Below are positions 8,601-20,600 of a DNA stretch of 44,902 nucleotides, one piece after another; positions within the stretch are counted from its first letter, which is position 1, and each line of letters opens with the position of its first letter. Position numbers and translations under genes: made by a program. The notes beneath the pieces were generated by a model. It did no database searches. It saw only the letters and a list, made by a program, of their open reading frames with translations, and was not told the origin of the DNA. Location: contig JANNWY010000153.1 in the NCBI GenBank assembly GCA_031409335.1, positions 1 through 44,902 of the forward strand. The letters are read 5' to 3'. Source of the stretch: Chthoniobacteraceae bacterium (GTDB lineage Bacteria; Verrucomicrobiota; Verrucomicrobiia; Chthoniobacterales; Chthoniobacteraceae).

Positions 8601-11600
8601 ACATTCAGGGCGCGGGCGCGACGGGCAATTTCGTGCAGGGAAATCTCATCGGCACGAATGCGACGGGCACGATCGACCTCGGGAATACTTTCAACGGCGT
8701 GCAGATTTTCGGCGTCCCGGGAAACACGATTGGCGGGACGGCGGCGGGCGCGCGCAACGTGATCTCCGGGAACAACGCGAGCGGCGTGGATCTCCAGGGC
8801 ACGGCCGCGACTGGCAATCTCGTGCTTGGCAATTACATCGGCACCGATGTGACGGGCACGCTCGACCTCGGAAACAGCCAGCGCGGGGTCTCGGTCAACG
8901 CTCCTGGAAATACGGTCGGCGGGACGGCGGCGGGCGCGCGCAACGTGATTTCGGGAAACAACTTCGAGGGCATCGCCATCTTCGCCGCAGGCAATACGGT
9001 GCAGGGAAATTATGTCGGCACGAATGCGGCGGGGAGCGCAGCCGTGGCGAACACGTTCGATGGCGTCGTCATCCACGGCGAGAACAACGTGCTCGGCGGA
9101 ACCACGGCGGGCGCGGGAAATTTGATCTCGGGAAACGGGCGGTCGGGCGTGCTGTTCGCCGATACAACGGGCACGGGGAATACCGTGCAGGGCAACTTCA
9201 TCGGCACCAATCCAGCCGGCACGAGCGGCATCCCGAATGTCGGCGCGGGAATCCTCATCTTCCTCGGTGCGACCAGCAACACAATCGGCGGAACCGCCGC
9301 CGGAACCGGAAACACGATTGCCTTCAACGGCGGTCCCGGGTTGAGCATCTTCGACACCTCGGCGGGCAACGCGGTGCGCGGGAATGCCATCTTTTCCAAT
9401 ACAGAAATCGGTATCGACCTCAACGGCGATGGCGTGACGGCGAACGATACGGGCGACGGCGACACCGGGCCAAACGGGCTGCAAAATTTCCCGGTCATCG
9501 TCAGCGCTTCCGCCGCGACGATTTCCGGCACGCTGAACAGCACCGCGGGCACCACCCTTGCGCTGGATTTCTTCGCGAGCCTCACCGCCGATCCGAGCGG
9601 CTTTGGCGAAGGCCGCACCTATCTCGGCTCGACGAATGTGACGACCGACGGCAGCGGCAGCGTCGCGTTCAATTTCACCCCCGGCACCGCGCCCGCGCCC
9701 GGCAGCTTCATCACCGCCACGGCAACGAACGCGACCGGCGGCACGTCGGAATTCTCCGCGGCGCTGCCGCTGGTCGGGACGTTCATCTGGGATGCCGGCG
9801 GCGGCGCGGACACGAGCTGGTTCAATCCGCTGAACTGGAACTTCGACAGCGGCGTGCCCGGCGCGGCGGACACGGCGGTGTTGCAGACGAACGCGACGAT
9901 CACGCTGGCGAGCAACACAAGTGTGGGGACATTCCAGCAGAGCACCGGGACGTTCACCGGCGGGGCGACGCTGACGACGGCGACTTTTGTGTGGAGCGGC
10001 GGGACGCAGGGTGGCTTTGGGACCACGCAGGTGAGCAGCACGCTGAATCTGGCGAACAGCGGCGGCCTGACTCTCGGCAGCGGCGGCAACACGGCGCGGA
10101 CGCTGATTAGCAATGGCGTGGCGACGCTCAGCGGCGGGAACCTGCTCATCAGCACGAGCGGCGGCGGGTTTTCGGGGTCGAGCTTCATCAATAACGGGAC
10201 GTTCAATGTGGCGGATGGCGCGGACATTTTGGTGAACAATCTGGGCGGTGGTCCGGCGGCTTTTTCCAATGCGGCGGGCGCGACTTTCAACAAGAGCGGC
10301 GCGGGGACCGTGACGACGATCGGCCCGGGGCTGACCAATTCGGGGACGATCAATCTGAACTCCGGCACGCTCGAAGCGTCGGGTGCCACGACACTTTCAA
10401 GCGGTACGCTCGCGGTGAGTGCGGGCACGACGCTGCGGACGGCGAACAATTTTTTCGTCCAGGCGGCAGCGACGCTGAGCGGCGCGGGGACGCTCGAGGT
10501 CACGGCCGGCAGCAACGTGAATTTGCAGAGCTACGCGCTGACTGGCGCGGTCGTGCTGCAAGGCGGGTCGCTGAATTTCACCACGCTGAGCCGCACGCTG
10601 CCGACGCTGACGCAGAGCGGCGGCACGCTCGGCGGCAGCGGGATGATCACCGTCTCCGGCGCGCTGGTGTGGAGCGGCGGGACGCAAAACGGCAGTGGGA
10701 CGACGATCGCCAATGGCGCACTCGACCTGACGAACGTGGGCAACTTGAACCTGGGCCTGGGCGGCAGCTCGCAGCGGACTTTGATCAGCAATGGCGTGGC
10801 GACGCTGAGCGGCGGGAGTCTGATCCTCGTCTCGATCGGCGGGGCGACGCCGGGGTCGCAGTTCGTGAACAACGGCACGTTCAATGTGGTGGATGGCGCG
10901 GACATTTCGTTCACCAATTTCGGCGGCCCGGCTCCGCTTTTCACGAATGCGGTGGGCGGGATTTTCAACAAGAGCGGCGCGGGGACGGTGACGACGTTCA
11001 GCGTGCCGCTGAGCAACGCGGGGACGATGAACGTGAACTCCGGCACGCTCGAATTGGTGAACAATGCGACGAACATCGGCACGCTCGCGGTGGGTGCGGG
11101 CGCGACGCTGCGGGTGGCGGGCGCGACTCTTACTGTCCAGGCAGCGGCGACGCTGAGCGGCGCGGGGACGCTCGAGGTCGGGAGCACCGGCACCGTCGTG
11201 AATTTGCAGAGCTACGCTCTGACCGGCGCGGTCGTGCAGCAGGGCGGGACGCTGAATTTCAACGCGCTCAATCCCACGCTCGCGTCGCTGACGCAGAGCG
11301 GCGGCTTGCTGACGGGCAGCGGGACGATCACCGTCACCGGCGCGATGGTGTGGAGCGACGGGTTGCAGGGCGGCGCGGGGACGACGATCGCGAATGGCAC
11401 GCTCGCACTGCCGCTCACCGGCTTCCCGACGCTGGGCGATGGCGGCAACACGGGGCGGACGCTGATCAACAACGGCGTGGCCACGCACAGCGGCACCGCA
11501 AATCTCTCCCTCATCACCAGCGGCGGGGCGGCACCGGGGGCGCAGATCATCAACAACGGGACATTCAACGCGACGAACAACGTGGACATCGTGGTGAGTG

Positions 11601-14600
11601 CCATCGGCGGTTCGGCCCCGCTGTTCACGAATGCGGCGGGCGCGACTTTCAACAAGAGCGGCGGGGGAACCCTCACGACGATCAACGCGCCGCTGAACAA
11701 CGCGGGGACGATCAACGTGAACGCCAGCGGGCTGGAGCTGGCCGGGACTTTCGCGCAGACCGGCGGTGCCACGGTGCTCGCCAGTGGTGGCGTGCTCGTG
11801 ACGCCGGGCACGCTCACTTTCCAGGCTGGCGAGTTGCGCGGCGCGGGATCGGTCAATGGCAGCGTGAACAACACGGGCGCGACGGTGCGGCCCGGCGGGA
11901 CGGGTGCGGCGGGGACGATCACGATCAATGGCGGCTACACGCAGGGCGCGGGCGGGACGCTCGCGGTGGAGCTGGGCGGGACGGGCGCGGGCGCGTTCGA
12001 TGTTTTGAGTGTGAGCGGGGCGACGACGCTCGGCGGCACCATCGACTTCGCGCACATCAACGCGTTCACGCCCGCGAACGGGAATACATTCCGCGTCGTG
12101 CAGTCGGCTGGAAATCCGGGCACGTTCGCGACGCTCACGGGCGCGACGGCGGGGAAAACGCAGGCCGCGAATGCGACCGGGCTGGTCATCACGCAGGGAG
12201 CGGGCGGGCCGCTGACTTTCATCTGGGATGGCGGCGCGGGGGCGGATCAGTCGTGGTTCAATCCGCTGAATTGGAACTTCGACAGCGGTGTGCCCGGCGC
12301 GGGGGACGCGGCCGTGCTGAATACGAACGCGACGATCAATCTCCCATCAAGCACCAGCGTTGGGACGTTTCAGCAAAGCGACGGAACCTTCACCAGCCCG
12401 ACGGGCGTGACGTTCACGGTGCTGAATTCCTTCGCGTGGAGCGGCGGGGCGCAGACCGGCGCGGGCAATGCGGCGACGGTGCTGCCCGCGGGGTCGGCCT
12501 CGACGCTGAGCGGCGCGGCGGTGAAGACGCTTTCGGGCCGCGCGCTCAACGTCGATGGGACGCTGACGTGGACGGGCACCGGAAATTTCGCGCTCAACGA
12601 GGGGACGCTGACGGTGCTGAGCAACGGGCTTTTCGACATTCAGAATGACGCGCTGCTCGGCGATGCGAACGGCAACGGGACGGCGGCGGCGCTCGTCATC
12701 GCTGGCACTCTGAAAAAGACCGCGGGCGCCGGGACGAGCGCGCTCGGCGGAAATCTCGGCAGCGGCGGCGGCTTCGTGCCAGTGACGGTGAACGCGAGCG
12801 GGACGGTGCGCGCGGAAGGCGGCACGCTGCAATTCGACGGCGGACTCAACAGTGCGGGCATCGTGAACGCGCTCGGCAAGACGATCGTCCTCGCCGCCGG
12901 TTCGGGCACGAGTAGCGGCACGTTCCACGCGGATGCGGGCGGCGTGGTGCGCATCACGGGCGGCATTCAGACGCTCGCGGCAGGCGCGGCGGTCACGGGC
13001 GCGGGCCTCTTCGACATCGCGAATGGGCGCGTCGATCTCGCCGTGGGCGCGACGGTAGGCGCGACGAACGTGGCGCTGGGCGGCGCGGCGGGCACGCTCG
13101 TCATCAGCGGCGCGATGACGATTTCGCAGAGCTTCGACTGGACGGCCGGCACGATCGGCGGCAACGGGAGTCTCACGCTCGCCGCGAGCTCGGTGTCCAC
13201 CATGAGCGGTGCGGCGGTGAAAGCCTTTACCAGTGGCACGATCAATGTCGGCGGCACGCTGGCGTGGTCGGGCACGGGCACTTTCGATGCCGCGGGGAGC
13301 GGGCAGGTGATCGTGTTGGGAGGCGGGCTCTTCGATCTGCAATCCGACGCGCCAATGATCAACAGCAGCATCTTCGGCGGCTTCAATGCCTCGATCATTA
13401 TCGACGGCACGCTGCGCAAGAGCGCCGGCGCGGGCGTCAGCCGCATCGACGGCTCGAACGCGACGGTGAGCACGCGGGTCAATCCGACGGGGCGCGTCGA
13501 GGTGCAAAGCGGCACGCTCGTCCTTGGCGACAACGTCGCGAATCTCGGCACCATGAGCACGCTCGCCGGCACGCTCGAAATCAACGCCGTGGCCGGCGAC
13601 GACAGCGGGACTTACCACGCCGCAACCGGCGCGCGCGTGCTCTTCAGCGGCGGCGCGCGCACGCTCGACGCGGGCGCGGCGCTCACTGGCCCTGGCTTGT
13701 TCGAGATCACGGGTGTCGGGCTCGTTTTGAACACGGACATCGCGGTGCAAAATCTCGCGCTGCACAGCAGCTTCGGCGGCATCGCGGGCGCGGGAAATCT
13801 CAGCGTCGCGCAGACGCTCGACTGGACCGCGGGCTTTATGACCGGCACGGGAAAAACCACGCTGCCTGCGGCGTCCGTTTCGACGATGAGCGGAACGAAT
13901 GACAAGACGCTGACGCGCGATCTCGATCTTTTTGGAACACTCACAATCGACAACAGCGGTTCCACCATCTTCGCCATTAACTCGAACACGTTGCGAGTGC
14001 TACCGGGCGGGCTCCTGCATCTCCAAGTCGCCGCCATCGTGGACAACGACAGCGGTACGCCGGGGACGCTGATCGTCGATGGCACGCTGCGGAAGAGCGG
14101 CGTGAACGAAACCGCGTCGATCGGCGGACGCACCACCGGCACCGGCTCAGTGAACACGACGATCAATGCCGGCGGGCGCGTCGAGGTGATGGGCGGTCCT
14201 CTCGATTTCCGCGGCAATGGCGTGAACAGTTCCGCGGGAGTCTTCGACATCACGTTCCTCGGAAATACGAGCCTCACGTTCAACGCGCCTTTCACGCTCA
14301 ATGCCGGCGCGGCAATCACGGGAACGGGGACAACGGTCGTCGCCAACGCGAGCACGCTCACCGTCGCCGCGCCCGTGAGCGCGAGCGGCACGTTGCGGCT
14401 CACCACCGGCACGCTCGCGCTCGCAGCGCCGCTCACGCAGACGGGCAGCTTCGAGTGGAATGGCGGGACGATCGGCGGCGCGAACGCGCTCAATGTCGCG
14501 GGGCTGACCATCGCCACCGCTGCCCCGAAGACGCTCAGCGCCGCGACCGTGAATCTCAGCGGTTTCGCGACCTGGACCGGCACCGGCTCGCTCACGCTCA

Positions 14601-17600
14601 CGCAGGGCGCGGTCGTGAACATCCAAAACGGCGCGACCTTCGACATCCGCAATGCCGCGGCGATCTTCTACAACAACGTCGGCGCGGCCCCGGTGATCAA
14701 TAACGCGGGCACTTACCAGCAGACGGCGGGCGGCAATACGGCGACGATCGGCAGCGGCATCGCTTTCACCAACACCGGCACGGTGCGCGCGGAGACCGGC
14801 GCACTCGCGTTCAACGGCGGCTTCACGCAAACCGCAGGCAGCACTGTGGTCGCGGGCGGCGATCTTGCGACGACCGGCACGTTCAATTTCATCGGCGGCG
14901 AGTTGCGCGGCGGGGGGCAGATCACGGGCACCGTGAACAACACCGGGGCGATCGTGCGGCCCGGCGGCACGGGTGCGGCAGCGGCGCTGAGCATCGCGGG
15001 CACCTACACGCAAGGCCCCGGCGGCACGCTGGCCATCGAAGTCGGCGGCGCGACCCCGGCGCTGTTCGACCGGCTGAGCGCGAGCCTGGGGCTGACCGTC
15101 GGCGGCACGCTCACCACCACGCTGATCAACGGCTTCACGCCCGCCAGCGGCGCGCAGTTCGGGGCGATCGGTGGCGACCCGCGCAGCGGCACGTTTGCCA
15201 CGGTCACCGGCCCGCTCACCGCGCAATACAACCCGGGAAATGTCACCCTGCTTGCGCCGAACTCGACCGCCTTCACCTGGGACGGATCGGATTCGACGGA
15301 TTGGTTCAATCCGAACAACTGGACGCCAGTCGGCGTCCCTGGTTTGGCCGACACGGCCATTTTGGACTCTCGTCCGGTGGCGGCGCTCACGTTGACGGGG
15401 CAGTTCAGTCCCGGACTCGGCACCCTCATCGGAGCCGGTTTTGATGCTCCCCAAGATCGTGTCTGGCTCTACAGCGATTCCGATTCCGTCATCCGCAGCT
15501 TCAGCCGCTCGGGCGTGCCGATCTCGACGGTTCCCCGGCCAGGGAGTCCCAGCAATGATGGTGACATCGAATTCGCACCGGAGGCGCTGACGCTTGCCGG
15601 CACCGCCATTCCTGCGGGCACGCTCTTCTTCATCGATGGCGAGAGCGGAACGGCGGAAATTTATGCGGTGGATAAGACAACGGGCGCGGTGCTCGCCACT
15701 TTGCCGACGGCGTTTGGCGCCAGTCACGTAGTCGGCGGCGCGTATCATTCCGAACGAAACACCTTTTTCCTCATCACCGATCAGCTCGATGCCACGCCGA
15801 ATCGAATCGCGGAAATCGATCCGCTGACCGGCGCGATTTTGAACTCCTTCACCACGGGCGGCTTTGCGGTGAATTTTGGCGATCTGGATGTGAGCGCGGC
15901 GACGGGCAATCTCCTTCTCGTGAGCAGCATCCAGGGCACCGTCCGCGAGCTTTCGGCGACCGGTGCGCTCGTGCAAGATCGCGCGCTGCCCGCGGGCGTG
16001 AGCGCGGTCAGTGGGCTGGGCTTCGATGATTTCAGCGGCGAACTGCTGCTCAGCAGCACGAACGGCACAGTCTATCGCGTGACCGGGCAGGCCGGACTTG
16101 CCCCAAATCAACCTGTGCTCGGCGTGAATCACACCGTCGCCAATTTTCAACAAAGCGCTGGGACGCTCGGCGGCAGCGGCACGCTCACCGTCCTGGCAAA
16201 TCTGGACTGGAGCGGTGGGACGATGAACGGCAGCGGCGCGACGAGAGTCGCGGCGGGCGGAACGCTGTCGATCACCGGCGCGGTGGACAAAACCCTCGCG
16301 CAGCGGACGCTCGCGCTCGGCGGCAACACGACATTCGGCGGCGCGGGAAATCTCGTGCTCGGTCTCGGCGCGATCATCGACAACAGCGGCGGGTTCGACA
16401 TTCAAAGTGACGCGGATTTCACTACCGCGGACGCCAGCGCGCTGCGCTTCAACAATCTCGCGGGTGCGACACTGCAAAAATCCGCGGGTCCAGACACGAC
16501 GAGTTTTGGGGGTAATCTCGCGGTCACGAATGCAGGCGCGGTCGTGGCGCGTTCCGGCTTGCTCGATTTCGCGGGTGGATTCACCCAGACCGGCGCTGGC
16601 GTTACCGAACTTCGCGGTGGCGACATCGGAAGCGGCGGCACGTTTGCATTGCAGGGCGGCGAATTGATCGGCGCGGGAAACATCGCGGGGAACGTGAACA
16701 ACAGCGGCGCGACGGTGCGGCCCGGTGGCGCGGGCGCGGCGGGCACGCTCTCCGTCACGGGTGCCTACACGCAGGGCGCGGGCGGCACGCTCGCGGTCGA
16801 GATTGGTGGCGCGGGCACGTTCGATGTGCTGAATGTCTCCGGAAATGCTTCGGTGGCTGGCACGCTGAACGTGGCGCTGATCAATGCCTTCACCCCAGCG
16901 GGCGGGGCGCAGTTCCAAGTGCTCACGGGCAACGCGCGCAGCGGCACGTTTGGAAACGTGACCGGCCCGCTCACGGCGCAATACAACGCGACCAACGTGA
17001 CGCTGGTCGCGGCGAGTGCGAACGCGAACACGGTCGTCACGACCACGCTCGACACGGTGAATGCGACCGACGGCGTGGTGTCGCTGCGCGAGGCGATCAC
17101 TTTCGCGAATGCGACCCCCGGGACGGACACGATCACTTTCAACATCCCCGGCGCGGGTGTGCAGTCGATCCGCCCGGGCACCGCGCTTCCTGTGATCACG
17201 AATCCTGTCGTGATCGACGGCTTCAGCCAGCCGGGCGCGAGCGCGAACACCGGTGGTCCGGGCGCGCTGGATAATGCGGTGCGCCTCATCGAACTGAGCG
17301 GCATCGCCATCGCGGCCGGCTCGCCGAATGGCCTGCACATCACCTCAGGCGCCAGCCTTGTGGAAGGGCTCATCGTCACGCGGTGGCGCGGCGCGGGCAT
17401 CATGATCGAGACACTCGGTGGAAATTTCGTCTTGGGAAATCTCATCGGCGCGGATGCGGACGCGAGCAGCGGACAGGGGAACCTCGGCGACGGCATTTCG
17501 ATCGTGAATTCGGCCGGCAACACCATCGGCGGCACGACGCCCGGTGAGCGCAATCGCATCGTCGGCAATTCCTCGAACGGCGTCGCGATCTCGGGTGCCA

Positions 17601-20600
17601 ATGCGACGGGAAATCTGCTGCTGGGCAATTTCATCGGCACGGACGGGAACGCCGCTGGGAGCGAGGCGAACGGTGGGAACGGCGTGATGATTTCGAGCAA
17701 CGGCAACGTCATCGGCAGCACTGCGGCGGGCGCGCGCAATGTCATCTCGGGCAACACGGAGCGCGGAGTGCTGATTTTCGGCAGCGGCAACACCGTGCAG
17801 GGCAACTACATCGGCACGGACGCGACGGGAATGTTCGCGGTGAAAAACAGCTTCGACGGGCTGACCATTGCGGCACCGGGCTCGAATAACATCATCGGCG
17901 GCGCGGCGGCGGGCGCGGGAAACGTGATCAGCGGCAATGAGATCGCGGGCGTGACGATCGAGTCGATCACCGCGCCGGTCGCCCCGGCCACCGGCAATCG
18001 CGTGCTGGGAAATCTGATCGGCGTGGCGGCGGACGGCTTCACTCCGCTCGGCAATACGGCGGGCACGCAGAAGGGCTGGGGCGTCGTGTTTTTCCGCAGC
18101 GCGACGGGGAACTTCATCGGCGGCGAGTTGCCGGGTGAGGGAAACACGATCGCCAACAATGCGGGCGCGGGCGTGGCCGTGCTGGATGCGGGTCCGCTCG
18201 GCAACCGGATTTCCGGCAACTCGATTTTCGCGAATGGCGATCTCGGCATCGACCTCGGGCGCTTCATCGATCCGGCGAACAGCGTGCTGGCGAACGATGC
18301 GGGCGATGCGGACAGCGGGGCGAACGGGCTGCTGAATTTCCCGGTCATCACGTCCGTGAATTTGAACGGTGGCATGACCGAGATTTCCGGCAGCTACAGC
18401 GGCGCGGCGAATGCGACGTTCACGATCGAGTTTTTCGCCAGCGACGCGGGCGACGCGTCTGGCTTTGGCGAAGGCGAGACGTATCTCGGCTCGACGACGG
18501 TTTCGACCGACGGCAGCGGCTCGGCGTCGTTCACCTTCGCCGCGCCCGTGCTGGCCGGCGGCACCGCGCTCTCCGCGACGGCGAGCGATGCGGCGGGGAA
18601 TACTTCGGAGTTCTCCGGATTCAGCACGCTGATCGCGACCTCGGTCGTCGTCACGACCACGCTCGATGTAATCGACGTGGACGACGGATTTACTTCGCTG
18701 CGCGAGGCGATCGTATTCGCGAACGCCAACGCGGGGCTCGACACGATCACTTTCAACATCCCCGGCGCGGGCGTGCGGACGATCTCGCCGACGAGCGCGC
18801 TGCCGACGATCACCGATGCGCTGGTCATCGACGGCTTCTCGCAACCGGGCGCGAGCGCGAACACGCTGAGCGTCGGGAGCAACGCGGTGCTACTCATCCA
18901 GCTCGACGGGACGAACGCGGGTGCGTTTGCGAACGGGCTCAGGATCACGGCGGGCGGGAGCACGGTGCAAGGTCTGGTCATCAATCGTTTCGCGGGCGAT
19001 GGCATCGAGCTTTCCGGGAGCGGTGGAAATTCGATCCTCGGGAATTTCATCGGCCTGAATGCCGCGGGCAGCACCGCGCTCGGGAATCTGGGGAACGGCG
19101 TCGAAATCAACAGCGGCGCGGGCAACACCGTGGGCAACGGCACAGCGGCGGGGCGCAATGTCATTTCCGGGAATGGCACGGTGGGCAACCCGGACATCCG
19201 CAACGGCGCGGGCGTGGTCATTTACAATTCGGGTGGGGAGAACCCCGACAACACGACGGTCTCGGGAAACTACATCGGCACGGACGCGACTGGCTTGCTG
19301 GCGCGCGGAAATCAAAAGGCGGGCGTCGGCATTTATGACGGCCCGACCGGGAACACGGTGAACGCCAATGTCATCTCCGGGAACATCGGGCACGGCTTCG
19401 ACATCGCCTTTGGCTCGAACGGGAACACCGGCACGGCGAACATCATCGGCGCGGGCGTGGATCGCACCACGCCGCTCGGCAATGTGGGTGCGGGGGTGCT
19501 CATCAATTTCGGCTCCAGCAATAACACGATCGGCGGCAACACCGCGGCCCTCGGAAATTTCATCTCGTCGAATGGCTTGGGCGGCATCGTCGTCTCCGGC
19601 AGCAGCGCCAGTGCCCGGATTTTCGCAAACACCGTCTTAAAAAACACCGGGGCCGGCATCCTCGTGGATAACTCGGCCAATGCGATCGTTGGCCTCGCCT
19701 CGCCACCCAACATCGTCATCGAAAATACAGGCGACGGCATCCGGTTGTCCGGCTCGGGCACGACCGGCACGCTCGTGCAGGGAAATTTTGTCGGCGTCAC
19801 GCCGGCGAGTTTCCCCGGCGGCACGGCAGCGCATCCGAATGGCGGTGCGGGCGTCGCCATCCTGAATGGCGCGACGGGCAGCGACATCGGCGGGACTTCA
19901 GTCGGGAATATCATCGCGGGAAACACCGGCGACGGTGTGCGCATCGACAACGCGGACAACAATCTCGTGCGCGGAAATCGTATCGGGCAGACGGGCATCA
20001 CCACCGGCTTTTTCCCGAATGGCGGCGCGGGTGTGAGCGTGAACGATTCGCTCGGCGTCCGCATCGGCAGCCCGGCGACTTCGGAGTTGAACATCATCGC
20101 GCACAACACCGGGGCGGGAATCCAGGTCACCGGCACCTCCACGGTCACGGCGCGCGGCAACATCGTCGAAGCAAACGGCGGCCTCGGCATCGACCTCGGT
20201 GGCAATGGCGTGACGCTGAACGACGCGGGCGACAGCGACACCGGGCCGAATTCGCTCATCAATTTTCCGACCCTGACGAACGTGGCGCGCGCCGCGGCGG
20301 GCACTGGGTTTAGCTACACCGCCGACGGCATCTACTCGGGAACGCCGAACACGACCGTGACCATCGACTTCTATGCAAACACCGCCGCGGATTCGTCGGG
20401 CTTTGGCGAAGGCCAGTTCTTGATCCACAGCTTCAGCGTCACCACCAATGGCGCGGGCGACGCGAATTTCAGCCGCACTTTCACGACCGGTGCGAACAAC
20501 ATTTTCGGTTCGCCGCTCGGCTCCGTGTTTACGAGCCAGGCCACGCTAGGCAATGGCGCGTCGGGCCCGTCTTCCGAGTTTTCCGCGGCGTTTGGAGTGA

